From: an uncultured delta proteobacterium
GTDB lineage: Bacteria > Desulfobacterota > Desulfuromonadia > Desulfuromonadales > JACZKF01
Reading direction: 5' to 3'
Length of the DNA: 64,000 nucleotides
Assembly: GCA_963816395.1 (NCBI GenBank)
Contig: CAWFKQ010000016.1
Location: forward strand, 32,001 to 96,000
The position numbers and the translations under genes were made by a program. Shown here piece after piece: positions 1 to 10,375 of the stretch. The notes under the pieces were generated by a model that was not told the DNA's origin, searched no databases, and saw only the letters and a list, made by a program, of their open reading frames with translations. Position 1 is the stretch's first letter. The number at the start of each line of letters is the position of its first letter.

Positions 1-1
1 C

Positions 2-1273
2 TTTTTCAACATCTACTCGCTCCCCGGAATGATCCTGGTCGAGGGCCTCCTGGACCTGCCGATCGCCTACCTGATCATCGCCCCGGCCATGAGCGCCTTC
101 GACATTTCCCTGGAGGAATCCTCCAAGGTCTGCGGCGCCTCCAACCTGCGCACCCTGCTGCGGGTGACGCTGCCGGTGCTGCGCCCGGCCATTCTGGCTT
201 CGGCGATCCTGGTCGTCGTCAGGAGCCTGGCCTCGTTTGCCGTCCCTTCGGTGATCGGCATGCCGGGGCGGATCTACGTGCTGGCCACCCACATCTACCG
301 GATCATCGCCACCGGCTTCGCCGCCGACTACGGCAAGGCCGCCGCCGTCGGCATGAGCGCCCTGGCCGCCTCGATCACCCTGATCTACCTCTACCGCTAT
401 CTGACCGCGGAGAGCGGCAAGTTCGTCACCATCTCGAGCCGGGGCTTCAAGCCCACCCTGATCGACCTCAAACGGTCGAAGTACCCCCTGTTCGTCGTGG
501 TCGGCCTGCTCTCCTGCGTGCTGATCGTGCTGCCGGTGGTGGTTCTCTTCTATACCTCCATGCTTCCCTACTCCATGGTGCCGAGCGCCCGGGCCTTTTC
601 GCTGATGAGCTGGAAGAACTGGATCGAGGTGCTGCGGGATCCGATATCGCTGCTGTCGCTCAAAAACAGCCTCATCCTCGGCCTGCTGGGGGCCACTCTG
701 GGTGTCGTCCTGTCGATCTTCGTCTCCTATGTCATCGTCAAGGTGCGCACCTCCGCGTCGGGGATTCTGGAATCGCTGAGCTTCCTCTCCTTTTCCTTCC
801 CCGGCATCGTCATCGGCGTCGGTTTCATGTGGTTCTTTGTCCGCACCCCCATTTACGGCACGATCTGGGCGCTGCTGATCGGCTACCTCGCCACTTATCT
901 GCCCTACGGGATCAGGCCGCTGTCCAGCGCCTTCGTCCAGATCCACAGCCATCTGGAGGAATCCTCCCGGGTCTGCGGCGCCACCCCCTTCTACACGCTG
1001 CGCCGGATCATCGTGCCGCTCCTCATCCCCGGCATCATCTCGGGGTGGATCCTCATGGCCACCATGTTCGTGCGCGAACTGACCCTTTCGGTAGTGCTCT
1101 CGCGGCCGGGCTCGGAAGTGCTGGCGGTGCAGATCCTGCGTTTTGCCGAGGACGGGATGTGGGGGAAACTTTCGGCGCTCGGCATCATGATGATCTTCAT
1201 CTCCTCGGCCCTGGTCGTTGCCGCGACCCTTCTTGGGCGCAAGCTGACCAGGATGCAGGTGGTCGAGAGATAG
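2..1273 (+). CDS. ABC transporter permease, FbpB/iron(III)-type, 5'-partial
   Basis: Frame open from window start (FFNIYSLPGMILVE...); two EAA-like loops (LEESSKVCGAS, LEESSRVCGAT); many hydrophobic segments. Confidence 0.85.
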   Translation, partial: FFNIYSLPGMILVEGLLDLPIAYLIIAPAMSAFDISLEESSKVCGASNLRTLLRVTLPVLRPAILASAILVVVRSLASFAVPSVIGMPGRIYVLATHIYRIIATGFAADYGKAAAVGMSALAASITLIYLYRYLTAESGKFVTISSRGFKPTLIDLKRSKYPLFVVVGLLSCVLIVLPVVVLFYTSMLPYSMVPSARAFSLMSWKNWIEVLRDPISLLSLKNSLILGLLGATLGVVLSIFVSYVIVKVRTSASGILESLSFLSFSFPGIVIGVGFMWFFVRTPIYGTIWALLIGYLATYLPYGIRPLSSAFVQIHSHLEESSRVCGATPFYTLRRIIVPLLIPGIISGWILMATMFVRELTLSVVLSRPGSEVLAVQILRFAEDGMWGKLSALGIMMIFISSALVVAATLLGRKLTRMQVVER

Positions 1274-1300
1274 ACGTTCCGTATTTACCGGCGATTCCCC

Positions 1301-1334
1301 AGGGCCTGCGGCAAAACCGCAGGCCCTCGCTTTT
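1301..1334 (+). terminator. Probable intrinsic terminator
   Basis: 11-bp perfect stem agggcctgcgg-caaaa-ccgcaggccct followed by cgctttt. Confidence 0.55.
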
Positions 1335-1363
1335 GGCCGCAGGCAGCCGTGCGGAAAAGCGGA

Positions 1364-1391
1364 TTGACAGAGAAGCGGCGCAAATTATAGT
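1364..1391 (+). promoter_or_regulatory. sigma70-type promoter for the carbohydrate ABC operon
   Basis: TTGACA-N16-TATAGT upstream of SD aaggagg and ATG 1454. Confidence 0.6.
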
Positions 1392-1453
1392 TGAATTGGA
1401 TTACTTAAATTAGAAAAAGGACAGAACATCAACCGCAACCGAAGGAGGCAGCC

Positions 1454-2869
1454 ATGGCAAGGTATATCTCGCGACGCGGTTTTCTCAGGAATGTGGGGGT
1501 GGGGACGGTGGGGCTGGCTCTCGCCCCGGGGGCCCTGCGGTTTGCGGCGGCCCAGGAACGGCGGACCCTGAAACTTCTCCAGTGGAGTCATTTCGTCCCC
1601 AGCTACGACAAGTGGTTCGACCAGTACTGCCAGAAATGGGGGGCGGCGCACAATGTGAACGTGGTCGTCGACCACATCAGCCTCTCCGATCTGAAGAGCA
1701 CCTTTGCCGCCGAAGTGGTGGCCGGCAGGGGCCACGACCTGGTCGAGTTCATCGCCCCGCCTTCCGACTTCGAGCCGAGCGTCCTCGACCTGACCGACCT
1801 CAATCAACAGGCGCAGAAGAAATTCGGGAATCAGCTCCCGGTGGCCACCAAGAGCTCCTTCAATCCCCACACGAAAAAATTCTACGGCTTCTGCCACGGC
1901 TGGACCATCGACCCGGGCGACTACCGCAAATCCCTCTGGGAGAAGGCCGGCAAGCCGGACGGGCCGCGTACCTGGCAAGACCTGCTGACCTACGGCAGCA
2001 AGATCATGAAGGAACAGGGGGTCCAGGCGGGGATCGGCATGTCCCAGGAACTCGACTCCAACATGGCGGCCCGCGGCCTGCTCTGGTCCTTCGGCAGCAG
2101 CATCCAGGACCAGCACGAGAATGTGGTCCTCGCCAACCCGAAGACGATCGAGGCGGTGAAGTACATGACCGACCTCTTCAAACAGGCCCTCACCCCGGAG
2201 GTCTTCAGCTGGAACCCGGCTTCCAACAACCAGCTGCTGCTCGCCGGCCGCGCCTCCTACATCCTGAACTCCATCTCCGCCTATCGCTCGGCCCAGAAAG
2301 ACGTGCCGGACATCGCCAAGGACATCTTCTTCACTCCGGCCCTGCAGGGACCGCAGGGAACCGCCTGGGCCAGCGAACATGTCATCTACGTCTCGGTCAT
2401 CCCCAGCTTCGCCAAGAAGAACGCCGACCTGGCCAAGCAGTTCCTCCTCGATCTCTGCGCCAACTACGACCAGGCGATGTGGGAGAGCAAGCTGTACAAC
2501 ACCCCGGCCTTCTTCCATACCCCCGTTCCGCCCGGCGACCGGGGCTATCCGCAGGTGGCTGCCGCCAAAACCCTGCAGGATATCTTCCAGGCCTGGTTCA
2601 CCAACGATCCCTTCCTCCTGCCGAATGAAGCGAAAGGAAAACTCAAGCCGCTCATGGACGCGCAGAAGTGGAGCACCAACGTCGGCCATCCCGGCCCGGC
2701 GAGCCCGGCCATTGGCGAGATCTTCGGTACCTTCGTCATCCCCAACATGTTCGCCCGGGTCGCCCAGGGGCGACAGAGTCCCGAGGATTCGGTGAAAGAG
2801 GCAGATGCGGAATGCCGCCGGATTTTCGACAAGTGGCGGGCGCAGGGGCTGATCGGAGGAAAGGGGTAG
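1454..2869 (+). CDS. CUT1-family ABC substrate-binding protein with Tat signal peptide
   Basis: SRRGFL twin-arginine motif; SBP_bac_1-like sequence; followed by MalK-like ATPase and two permeases. Confidence 0.85.
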   Translation: MARYISRRGFLRNVGVGTVGLALAPGALRFAAAQERRTLKLLQWSHFVPSYDKWFDQYCQKWGAAHNVNVVVDHISLSDLKSTFAAEVVAGRGHDLVEFIAPPSDFEPSVLDLTDLNQQAQKKFGNQLPVATKSSFNPHTKKFYGFCHGWTIDPGDYRKSLWEKAGKPDGPRTWQDLLTYGSKIMKEQGVQAGIGMSQELDSNMAARGLLWSFGSSIQDQHENVVLANPKTIEAVKYMTDLFKQALTPEVFSWNPASNNQLLLAGRASYILNSISAYRSAQKDVPDIAKDIFFTPALQGPQGTAWASEHVIYVSVIPSFAKKNADLAKQFLLDLCANYDQAMWESKLYNTPAFFHTPVPPGDRGYPQVAAAKTLQDIFQAWFTNDPFLLPNEAKGKLKPLMDAQKWSTNVGHPGPASPAIGEIFGTFVIPNMFARVAQGRQSPEDSVKEADAECRRIFDKWRAQGLIGGKG

Positions 2870-2872
2870 CGC

Positions 2873-3875
2873 ATGGCGGTGGTTGAGCTCAGCGGCGTCA
2901 GCAAGAAGTTCGCTCAGACCCGGGCGGTCGATAATGTCGACCTGGAGATCCGGGACGGGGAGCTGCTGGTGCTCCTCGGCCCTTCGGGAAGCGGCAAGAC
3001 GACCCTGATGCGGCTCTGCGCCGGGCTGGAGAAGCCGACGGGGGGGAAGATCAGCATCGACGGGGAGGTGGTCAACGATCTGCCTCCCCGCAAGCGGGGG
3101 ATCGCCATGGTCTTCCAGACCTATGCCCTCTATCCGCACAAGACGGTCTTCGAGAATATCGCCTTTCCCCTGCGGGTGCAGAAGGAGAGCAAGGGGGAGA
3201 TCAAGCAGAAGGTCGAGTGGGCCGCCGGGCTGTTCAACATCGGGCACCTGCTGCAGCGCCTCCCTTCCCAGCTCTCGGGCGGGGAGCGGCAGCGGGTGGC
3301 CATCTCCCGGGCACTGGTGCGCAAGCCCAGGGTGTTCCTGATGGACGAGCCCCTCTCCAACCTCGATGCCAAGGTCCGGGACTATGCCCGCGGGGAGCTG
3401 AAAAAGTTCCAGCAGAGGATCGGCGTCACCACCATTTATGTCACCCACGACCAGGTGGAGGCGATGGGGCTCGGCGACCGCATCGCCGTCCTGCACAAGG
3501 GGCAGCTGCGGCAGATCGGCACCCCGGGCGAAATCTACAACGATCCCACCGATACCTTCGTCGCCGGCTTCATCGGTACGCCGCCGATGAATTTTCTCGA
3601 ACGGGAGGGGAAAATCCTCGGTTTCCGCCCGGAGGTCTTCTCTCCCCACCGGCTTCCTCCGGGAGGAGGCGAGGCGGAATTTCCGCTTCAACATTGAAAT
3701 GATCGAAAACCTCGGCTCCTTCCGCATCCTTTACGGGACCATCGACGCCGACCGGGTGATGGCCAGGCTCACCCAGGAGATCCAGCTCCAGGAAGGGGAA
3801 ACCTACGACTTTTCCGTCCGCCTGCGGGACCTGTACTACTTCGATAAGGAAAAGGGCACGAGGATCCGGGAATGA
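2873..3875 (+). CDS. MalK/UgpC-like ABC ATPase (one frameshift near 3683)
   Basis: GPSGSGKT, LSGGERQR, DEPLSNLD, VTHDQVEA; C-terminal TOBE-like part (IEMIENLGS...YYFDKEKGTRIRE*) continues in another frame to TGA 3875 overlapping the next ATG. Confidence 0.85.
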
Positions 3876-4792
3876 AAGGGAAAAGCATCGTCGATCGCGA
3901 AGAGGCTCTCGCCCCCATGCTCCTGGTGCCGGTGGTCCTCTACATCGTGCTTTTCGTCGGCTTCCCCTTCCTCATGTCCTTCGTCTACAGCTTCAGCAAC
4001 GTCACCGTCGGCAATCCGAACTTCAAGATGGTCGGGCTGCAAAATTTCGCAGAGATCATCAGCGCGCAGGCCTTTCAGCGGTCCCTGGCCAACACCTTCA
4101 TCTTCACCTTCACCTCGATAACCCTGGTGGTCGTCTTCGGCCACATCCTCGCCGAGCTGCTGCGGCAGGATTTTCCGTTCAAATGGCTGGCGCGTTTTCT
4201 CCTCCTGCTCCCCTGGACCACCCCCATCGCCCTCGGCACCATCGGCTTTCTCTGGTTCTTCGATTCGCTGTACAGCCCCATCGACTGGGTCCTGCGGCAC
4301 CTGGGACTGCTCGGCGCCCCAGGCGATCTCCTGGGGGCAAGAAGCAATCTCTACTGGCTCGGGCGGCCGGCGCTGGCCATGTCCTCGGTGATCCTGGTCC
4401 ACGTCTGGCGCCTGTTGCCCCTGGCGGCGGTCATCCTGCTGGCCGGGATGAATTCCATTCCGAAGGAGATCATCGAGGCCGCCCAGGTGGACGGCGCCGG
4501 CTATTTCCGCCGCCTCTTTCAGATCATCCTCCCTTTGCTCTTCCCGGTGATCGGCGTCACGGTACTTTTCGGCACCTTCTTCACCTTTACCGACATGACT
4601 GTGGTCTGGATCCTCACCAAGGGCGGGCCGCCCCCCAACACCACCCAGGTCCTGGCCAGCCTCGCCTTCCTGGTCGGCATCGAGGGGGGGGATCTGGCCA
4701 GGGGAGCGGCGGTGGCGTTGTTTTTCTTTCCGATCCTGGCGGGAATCGCCGCCATCGTGCTGCGGCTGGTGAAAAAGGCGGTGGTCATATGA
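3872..4792 (+). CDS. Carbohydrate ABC permease (MalF/UgpA-like)
   Basis: EAAQVDGA motif, LTKGGP, six TM segments. Confidence 0.9.
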   Translation: MKGKSIVDREEALAPMLLVPVVLYIVLFVGFPFLMSFVYSFSNVTVGNPNFKMVGLQNFAEIISAQAFQRSLANTFIFTFTSITLVVVFGHILAELLRQDFPFKWLARFLLLLPWTTPIALGTIGFLWFFDSLYSPIDWVLRHLGLLGAPGDLLGARSNLYWLGRPALAMSSVILVHVWRLLPLAAVILLAGMNSIPKEIIEAAQVDGAGYFRRLFQIILPLLFPVIGVTVLFGTFFTFTDMTVVWILTKGGPPPNTTQVLASLAFLVGIEGGDLARGAAVALFFFPILAGIAAIVLRLVKKAVVI

Positions 4793-4807
4793 GAGGAGAC
4801 GCGGAGG

Positions 4808-5644
4808 GTGAAGAGAATCCTGGCCAGGGGCGGCTTTTACGGGGCGTTGACCGCTGTTCATCGCGTTCTCCGCCGCCCCTTTCTACGTCATGCTCATCTC
4901 CATGTTCAAGAGCAATCACGGATCTGATGAATCCCGACCAGCAATCCCTTCATCTTCACCGAGCCGCCCACCCTGGAGAACCTGCGTTTCCTCCTTACCG
5001 GCAGCCCCTATCCGCAATTTCTCCTCAACACGGCCATTGTCGGGGCGGCGGTGGTGGCGATCACCATCGTCCTGGCCGTCCCCGCTGCCTACAGCCTGGC
5101 CCGGCTGGCCGGCAGCTGGGGGCAGTACCTGGGCGTCGGCATATTTCTCACCTACCTGATACCGCCGACCCTCCTCTTCATCCCCATGGCGCGGGTGGTC
5201 TCCTTCTTCAACCTGCAGAATTCGCTGCTGTCGCTGATCCTGATCTACCCCACCTTTACCCTCCCGTTCTGTACCTGGCTGATGATGGGCTTTTTCATGT
5301 CCACTCCCCGGGACATCGAGGAACAGGCGATGATCGACGGCTGCAGCCGGCTGGGCGCCTTCAACCGGATCATCCTTCCCATTTCGGTCCCGGGGATCGT
5401 GACGGTCGTCGTCTTCGCCTTTTCGCTGGTGGTCAACGAATACATCTACGCGCTCGCCTTCATTCAGAACTCCGCCACCAAGACGATCGGCATCGGGGTA
5501 ACCACCGAACTGATCCGGGGCGACGTCTTCTACTGGGGCGCGCTGATGGGCGGCGCCCTCATCGCCAGCATCCCGGTGGCCGTCCTGTACACGGCGTTTC
5601 TCGACCGGATCATCTCAGGGCTGGCGATGGGGGCCGGAGATTAG
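4808..5644 (+). CDS. Carbohydrate ABC permease (MalG/UgpE-like); three +1 frameshifts at about 4855-4940
   Basis: GTG 4808 after ggagg; reconstructed VKRILARGGFYGALTLFIAFSAAPFYVMLISMFKSN...PTLENLR joins ORF 5051-5644 containing EEQAMIDGCS. Confidence 0.8.
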
Positions 5645-5756
5645 AAGTGGCCGGCACTCCAGCCGGTTGTTGCGAGGCTGCTCTTCGAGCCTTCCCCAAA
5701 GTGAAAGGACCAGGCGATGGCCCGGCCCTTTTGCGGTGTCTTTATCTCTGGATCGC

Positions 5757-5963
5757 TCAGATACGCTTCTTGAGCAGATCCTTCCCCTTCACTACCAGTT
5801 TTTCGTTCTGCTCACAGACTTCGCGGAAGAACTGGGCAACATCGCGGTCGCCTTCCTTCTCGGCGTCTTCCGCGTAATGCTCGCAGGTCTCGTAACCCTG
5901 GGAAGCGTGATAGATCACGCTGATCAGGTCGTAGTCCTTGTTTTGTAAGGGTTCTTTTCGCAT
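5757..5963 (-). CDS. Small conserved-looking hypothetical protein (helical, ferritin-like half)
   Basis: Strong SD aggaggt; YDLISVIYHASQG...YAEDAEKEGD..VAQFFRE pattern. Confidence 0.6.
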   Translation of the reverse strand: MRKEPLQNKDYDLISVIYHASQGYETCEHYAEDAEKEGDRDVAQFFREVCEQNEKLVVKGKDLLKKRI

Positions 5964-6204
5964 ACCTACCTCCTTTCCGTCTTCTTTTCATGCTACCATC
6001 TCTCCCCGCCCTGTCAAATCCAGCGGCTCTGCCGCCAGCCGGCAGGGGACCGCCTGCGCGTTGATGCCCTTGCCTTTTTCAGGCAAACAGGTTATGGTAA
6101 AGGCAACGGATGTGGGCAGTCCCTGGTTGGCCGACCGATAAAGATCAGTCCAGAAAACGGGGAAGCACACGGTAATCAAACAGAGTAGAAGGAGCAACAC
6201 GGCA

Positions 6205-6405
6205 ATGGCACAAGGTACAGTAAAGTGGTTCAACGACGCCAAAGGTTTTGGGTTCATCCAGCAGGACGACGGGCCCGACGTATTCGTGCATTTTTCGGCC
6301 ATTCAGGGGGATGGTTTCAAATCCCTCGCCGAGGGTGACCGCGTCAGCTTCGATGTCGTGCAGGGGCAAAAAGGTCCTCAGTCGGCCAACGTACGCAAGA
6401 TCTAA
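6205..6405 (+). CDS. csp: Cold-shock protein
   Basis: [15 protein letters not shown] (RNP1) and VFVHFSAI (RNP2); SD aaggag. Confidence 0.97.
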   Translation: MAQGTVKWFNDAKGFGFIQQDDGPDVFVHFSAIQGDGFKSLAEGDRVSFDVVQGQKGPQSANVRKI

Positions 6406-6422
6406 AACCCTCCCGGGTTTGG

Positions 6423-6453
6423 AAAAAAGCCCCGCGCCAGCGGGGCTTTTTTT
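6423..6453. terminator. Bidirectional intrinsic terminator
   Basis: aaaaaagccccgc-gcca-gcggggcttttttt between convergent csp and aldo/keto reductase genes. Confidence 0.85.
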
Positions 6454-6522
6454 ATGCCTGTTGCCGGTGCGCCTCTCGGTGCGGTTCGGTCCCCATCGTC
6501 TGGTCGCGCAAGCTGCCGGTCC

Positions 6523-7527
6523 TCATGTCCCCTCCCCGGCTGCCGGCCTGGCCGGCGGCGCCATGAACTCCGGGCCGACGGGGTCGACGATCGTCTCCCG
6601 CAGGATACGGTCGATCTCCGCTCTGTCATCGGCCGTGAGCGCCCAACCGGTCGCCTCACCCACATCTTCCACCTGCTGCGGATGGCGCGCTCCCCAGAGC
6701 GCGATAGCCGCCCCCTGGTCGAGAATCCAGCGTACCGCCAACTGCATTACGCCCCGCCCGTGACGCTCACGGGCAAGCCGGTCGAGCCGGCTGACCGCGG
6801 CCAGATACTGGCCGAAGCGGGGCTGCTGGAATTTGGGATCGACCTGGCGCAGGTCATCCCCGGTGAAGCGGGTAGCGGGATCCATTTTACCGCTGAGCAG
6901 GCCGCGGCAGAGGGCGCCGTAGGCGAGAAGGGCGATGCCGTTTTCCCGGCAGTAGGGAAGCACATCCTGCTCGATCTGCCGTTCGAACAGATTGTACGGC
7001 GGCTGGCAGGTATGCAGCGGCGCCGCCTGCCGGAAGGCCTCCATCTGCGCGGGGGAATAGTTGCTCACGCCGATGGCCCGGATCTTCCCCGCCTGATAGA
7101 GGCGCGCCAGGGCGGCCGCCGTCTCCTCGAAAGGCACCCGCGGGTCGGGCCAGTGGACCTGGTAGATGTCGATGTAGTCGGTCTGCAGCCGGCGCAGGGA
7201 GTCCTCGAATTCGGCAGCGATCCGGGCGGCGGTGGAGTTGCGGAAAATTCTCCCTTCCCGCCACTCCAGGGCCACCTTGGTGGCGATGATGACCCGGTGC
7301 CGATCGCCGCGCCGGGCAACGGCCTTGCCGACGATCTCCTCCGAACGGCCGAATCCATACACCGGCGCGGTATCGATCACGTTGATCCCCTGGTCGAGGG
7401 CCGCATGGATGGTGCGGATCGATTCCTCTTCCTCGCTTCCCCCCCACATCCAGCCGCCGATGGCCCAGGTGCCGAGGGCAACCCGCGAAGCCCGGGTGGC
7501 GATACCCTGCAGTTGCGTGGTTTCCAT
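6523..7527 (-). CDS. Aldo/keto reductase (AKR11/YhdN-like)
   Basis: LGTWAIGG, IDTAPVYG, ATK, IDIYQVHWPD, IGVSN, QPPYNL motifs. Confidence 0.93.
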   Translation of the reverse strand: METTQLQGIATRASRVALGTWAIGGWMWGGSEEEESIRTIHAALDQGINVIDTAPVYGFGRSEEIVGKAVARRGDRHRVIIATKVALEWREGRIFRNSTAARIAAEFEDSLRRLQTDYIDIYQVHWPDPRVPFEETAAALARLYQAGKIRAIGVSNYSPAQMEAFRQAAPLHTCQPPYNLFERQIEQDVLPYCRENGIALLAYGALCRGLLSGKMDPATRFTGDDLRQVDPKFQQPRFGQYLAAVSRLDRLARERHGRGVMQLAVRWILDQGAAIALWGARHPQQVEDVGEATGWALTADDRAEIDRILRETIVDPVGPEFMAPPARPAAGEGT

Positions 7528-7755
7528 GGTCTTTCCCCTTTGTTGCGGCCGACCGCCGGGTTCTTCGCCCCGCAGCTGCCAGTTACTCTCCAGGGCGAGA
7601 AATCCGTCGTTCCAGATTTGGGACAGCTTCCGCCGGGACGAGGCGGTCCCGTAGAGTTTATCTTCTCCGGCTGCTACGGCAATTGCGGATAAAGGAGGGG
7701 GGCCGGCGGAGGGGAAATGCGGATCCGCACGGGGAAGGGCAGAGGAGAGGGCGGG

Positions 7756-8769
7756 TCAGCAGATGCGCGGCAGTTGTTCCCCGGCGAGCATCTCGATGGA
7801 CCGTCGGCCGCCGATGGCGGTGGCCATCACCACCCGACCGGCACCGCCGCCGGTGACTTCGCCGATGATGGCGGCTTCCGTGCCGGCCGGGTGCCGCCGC
7901 ATGGCCGCCAGCACCGCCGCGGCCGCCGCCGGCGCCACCACCGCCAGCAGTTTCCCCTCGTTGGCGACGAACAGGGGATCGAGGCCGAGAATGGCGCAGG
8001 CGCCGGCTACCGCCGGACGCACCGGCAGGGCGGCTTCGGTCAGAGTGATTTCCACCCCGGACTGCCTGGCGATCTCCTTCAGGGTCGTCGCGACGCCGCC
8101 GCGGGTGGGATCGCGCAGGACATGCACCGCCGCCCCACCGGCCTGCAGCATGGCCGCCACCAGGTCGTGCAGGGGGGCGCTGTCGGTGCGGATATCGCTC
8201 TCCAGTTCCAGCCCCTCGCGCGAAGCCAGCACCGCCATGCCGTGATCGCCGATAGGGCCGTTGATCAGGACCCGGTCGCCGGGGCGGGCGCCACTGCCGC
8301 GGATGTCGAGTTCGTGATCGAAGAGGCCGATCCCGGAAGTGTTGATGAAGATCCGGTCCGCCTTGCCCCGCGGCACCACCTTGGTGTCGCCGGTGACGAT
8401 CGCCACCCCGGCCGTCTCGGCCGCTGACCGCATCGCCTCGAGGATCCGCCGCAGGTCGGCGACGGGCAGACCCTCTTCGAGGATCAGTCCCACCGAGATC
8501 GCCAGCGGCCGGGCGCCGCTCATCGCCAGGTCGTTGACCGTGCCGTTGATCGCCAGGTCGCCGATGTTGCCGCCGGGGAAGAAGATGGGATCGACCACGT
8601 AGGAATCGGTGGTAAAGGCCAGGCGCTTCCCCTGGCAGGCGAGCACCGCCGCATCGTTCTGGTCGCGCGGGGCAAGGCCCGAGAGGGTGGGCACGATCAG
8701 TTCATCGAGGAGCTGGTGACTGAGCTTGCCGCCGCTGCCGTGGCCGAGCAGGATGACATCGGATTTCAT
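7756..8769 (-). CDS. hypE: Hydrogenase maturation carbamoyl dehydratase HypE
   Basis: GHGSGG, TTDSYVVDPIFFPGG, GDTKVV, RDPTRGG, C-terminal LPRIC. Confidence 0.97.
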   Translation of the reverse strand: MKSDVILLGHGSGGKLSHQLLDELIVPTLSGLAPRDQNDAAVLACQGKRLAFTTDSYVVDPIFFPGGNIGDLAINGTVNDLAMSGARPLAISVGLILEEGLPVADLRRILEAMRSAAETAGVAIVTGDTKVVPRGKADRIFINTSGIGLFDHELDIRGSGARPGDRVLINGPIGDHGMAVLASREGLELESDIRTDSAPLHDLVAAMLQAGGAAVHVLRDPTRGGVATTLKEIARQSGVEITLTEAALPVRPAVAGACAILGLDPLFVANEGKLLAVVAPAAAAAVLAAMRRHPAGTEAAIIGEVTGGGAGRVVMATAIGGRRSIEMLAGEQLPRIC

Positions 8770-8810
8770 TCCAGCCTCATAAAAGTTACAAAAAAATCAG
8801 AGTACTTCCT

Positions 8811-8932
8811 GGGCTGATCAAAAATGCCCAGATGCAAGGCGGAGGAAATCCTTCGGCATAAGGCGTACCTGAAAGGTACGTCGTTGACGAAGGATGAGGA
8901 CAACGCCGCAGATGGGCGTTTTTCATCAGCCC
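8811..8932. mobile_element. MITE-like element (about 122 bp) with terminal inverted repeats
   Basis: TIRs gggctgatcaaaaatgccca / tgggcgtttttcatcagccc (18/20 match); nested internal stems atccttcg..cgaaggat and cgtacct-gaa-aggtacg; no transposase. Confidence 0.7.
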
Positions 8933-10018
8933 CCATATTTGTACTCCGCGGCGCACGTCCCCTCGCTGGACACCATACAGGCGCCGACCGGGTCCTCGGG
9001 GGTGCAGACCTTGCGGAAGAGGGGGCACTGCCGGGGAGCGACCTTGCCCTTGAGGATCTCGCCGCACAGGCAGCCGGCGTGCTCCTGCGGCGCCTCCACC
9101 GCTACCGGCAGCTGCCTGGCGGCGTCGAAGGCGCCGTAGGCCGCCCGGATCTTCAGGCCGCTGCCGGGGATGACGCCGATGCCGCGCCAGCGGGCCTCGG
9201 CCGGTTCGAAGACCTCATAGAGGATTTCCCGGGCCTTGGGATTGCCGTTCCGCTTGACGATCCGGCTGTACTGGTTCTCGACCCTCGCCTCGCCGGCGAC
9301 CACCTGCCGGGCCAGCATCTCCACCCCCTGCAGCATGTCCAGGGGCTCGAAACCGGTGACCACGCAGGGAACCCTGTGCTCCCGGGCGAGCGGCTCGTAC
9401 GCCTCGGAACCGATGATGGCGGAGACGTGGGCCGGACAGATGTAGCCGTCGACCTTCAGGTCCGGGTCGGCGCTGAGGGCGGCCATGGGGGCGGGCATCG
9501 TCTTGTGCGAGGCGAGGACGAAGTAGTTGCTCAATAGGAGGTGTTTCGCCTGGAGGATGGAGCCGGCGATGGTGGGGGTGGTGGTTTCGAACCCGACGCC
9601 GAGGAAGACCACCTGCTTCTGCGGGTTTTTCTGGGCGACAGCCACCGCATCGAGGGGTGAATAGACGATGCGCACGTCGGCGCCCCGGGCTTTCTCCCGC
9701 TGCAGGCTGCTGCTGGAGCCGGGAACCCGCACCATGTCGCCGAAGGTGGTGATGACCGTATTCGGCCGGCGGGCCAGGGCCACGGCATGGTCGACATAGT
9801 CGACGGGAGTGACGCACACCGGGCAGCCGGGGCCGGAGATCAGGCGGATCTTCTCCGGCAGCAGGGCGCGGATGCCGTGCTGATAGATGGCCATGGTGTG
9901 CGTGCCGCAGACTTCCATCAGGGTCATGGTGCCATGCATAGCCGGCCACCGCCTGCCGGATGGACTCCAGCAGCCGTCCGGCGACCCGGGGATCGCGGAA
10001 CTCGACGGCGTATTTCAT
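8926..10018 (-). CDS. hypD: Hydrogenase formation protein HypD (one frameshift near 9940)
   Basis: N-terminus MKYAVEFRD in one frame; MEVCGTHT, GPGCPVC, GFETT and CMVSSEGTC in the other. Confidence 0.95.
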
Positions 10019-10245
10019 TCCGGCCCCAGCCCCTGGTCGAGCAGCTGGCGGAACAGCCGCAGGGTCTCCGCGGCATCCTCCTCGTCCAGTTTTTCGATGG
10101 CGAAACCGGCATGGATGAGGACGAAATCCCCCACTCCCACCCCGTCCACCATCATCAGGCTGGCTTCCCGCCGCACCCCGTCGATCTCACAGATGGCGAC
10201 CTCGCCGTCGATGCTCTTGACCTGCATGGGAACGCCCAGGCACAT
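10015..10245 (-). CDS. hypC: Hydrogenase assembly chaperone HypC
   Basis: MCLGVP N-terminus, VLIHAGFAI; SD aaggag; 76 aa. Confidence 0.95.
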   Translation of the reverse strand: MCLGVPMQVKSIDGEVAICEIDGVRREASLMMVDGVGVGDFVLIHAGFAIEKLDEEDAAETLRLFRQLLDQGLGPE

Positions 10246-10264
10246 GTTGAAAACTCCTTGAAAG

Positions 10265-10340
10265 CAGGGACGCGCAAGCGCGGGACGCGGAGAGCTTGCG
10301 ATTATTTCGCGTGCCGCACTGCCGCGCCCCGCGTTCCGGG
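10265..10340. repeat. Degenerate tandem heptamer array (CGCGGGA-like) followed by its reverse complement
   Basis: Minus strand: cggaacg cggggcg cggcagt gcggcacg ... ccgcgtc ccgcgct tgcgcgt ccc. Confidence 0.5.
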
Positions 10341-10375
10341 TTCTCTCCACCCCCTCCTCCAGCCACCCGTACCAC

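Noticed and set aside
7530..7750. Riboswitch or ncRNA upstream of the aldo/keto reductase
   Set aside because: Only short GC-rich stems; no motif I can match to a known family without an Rfam search.
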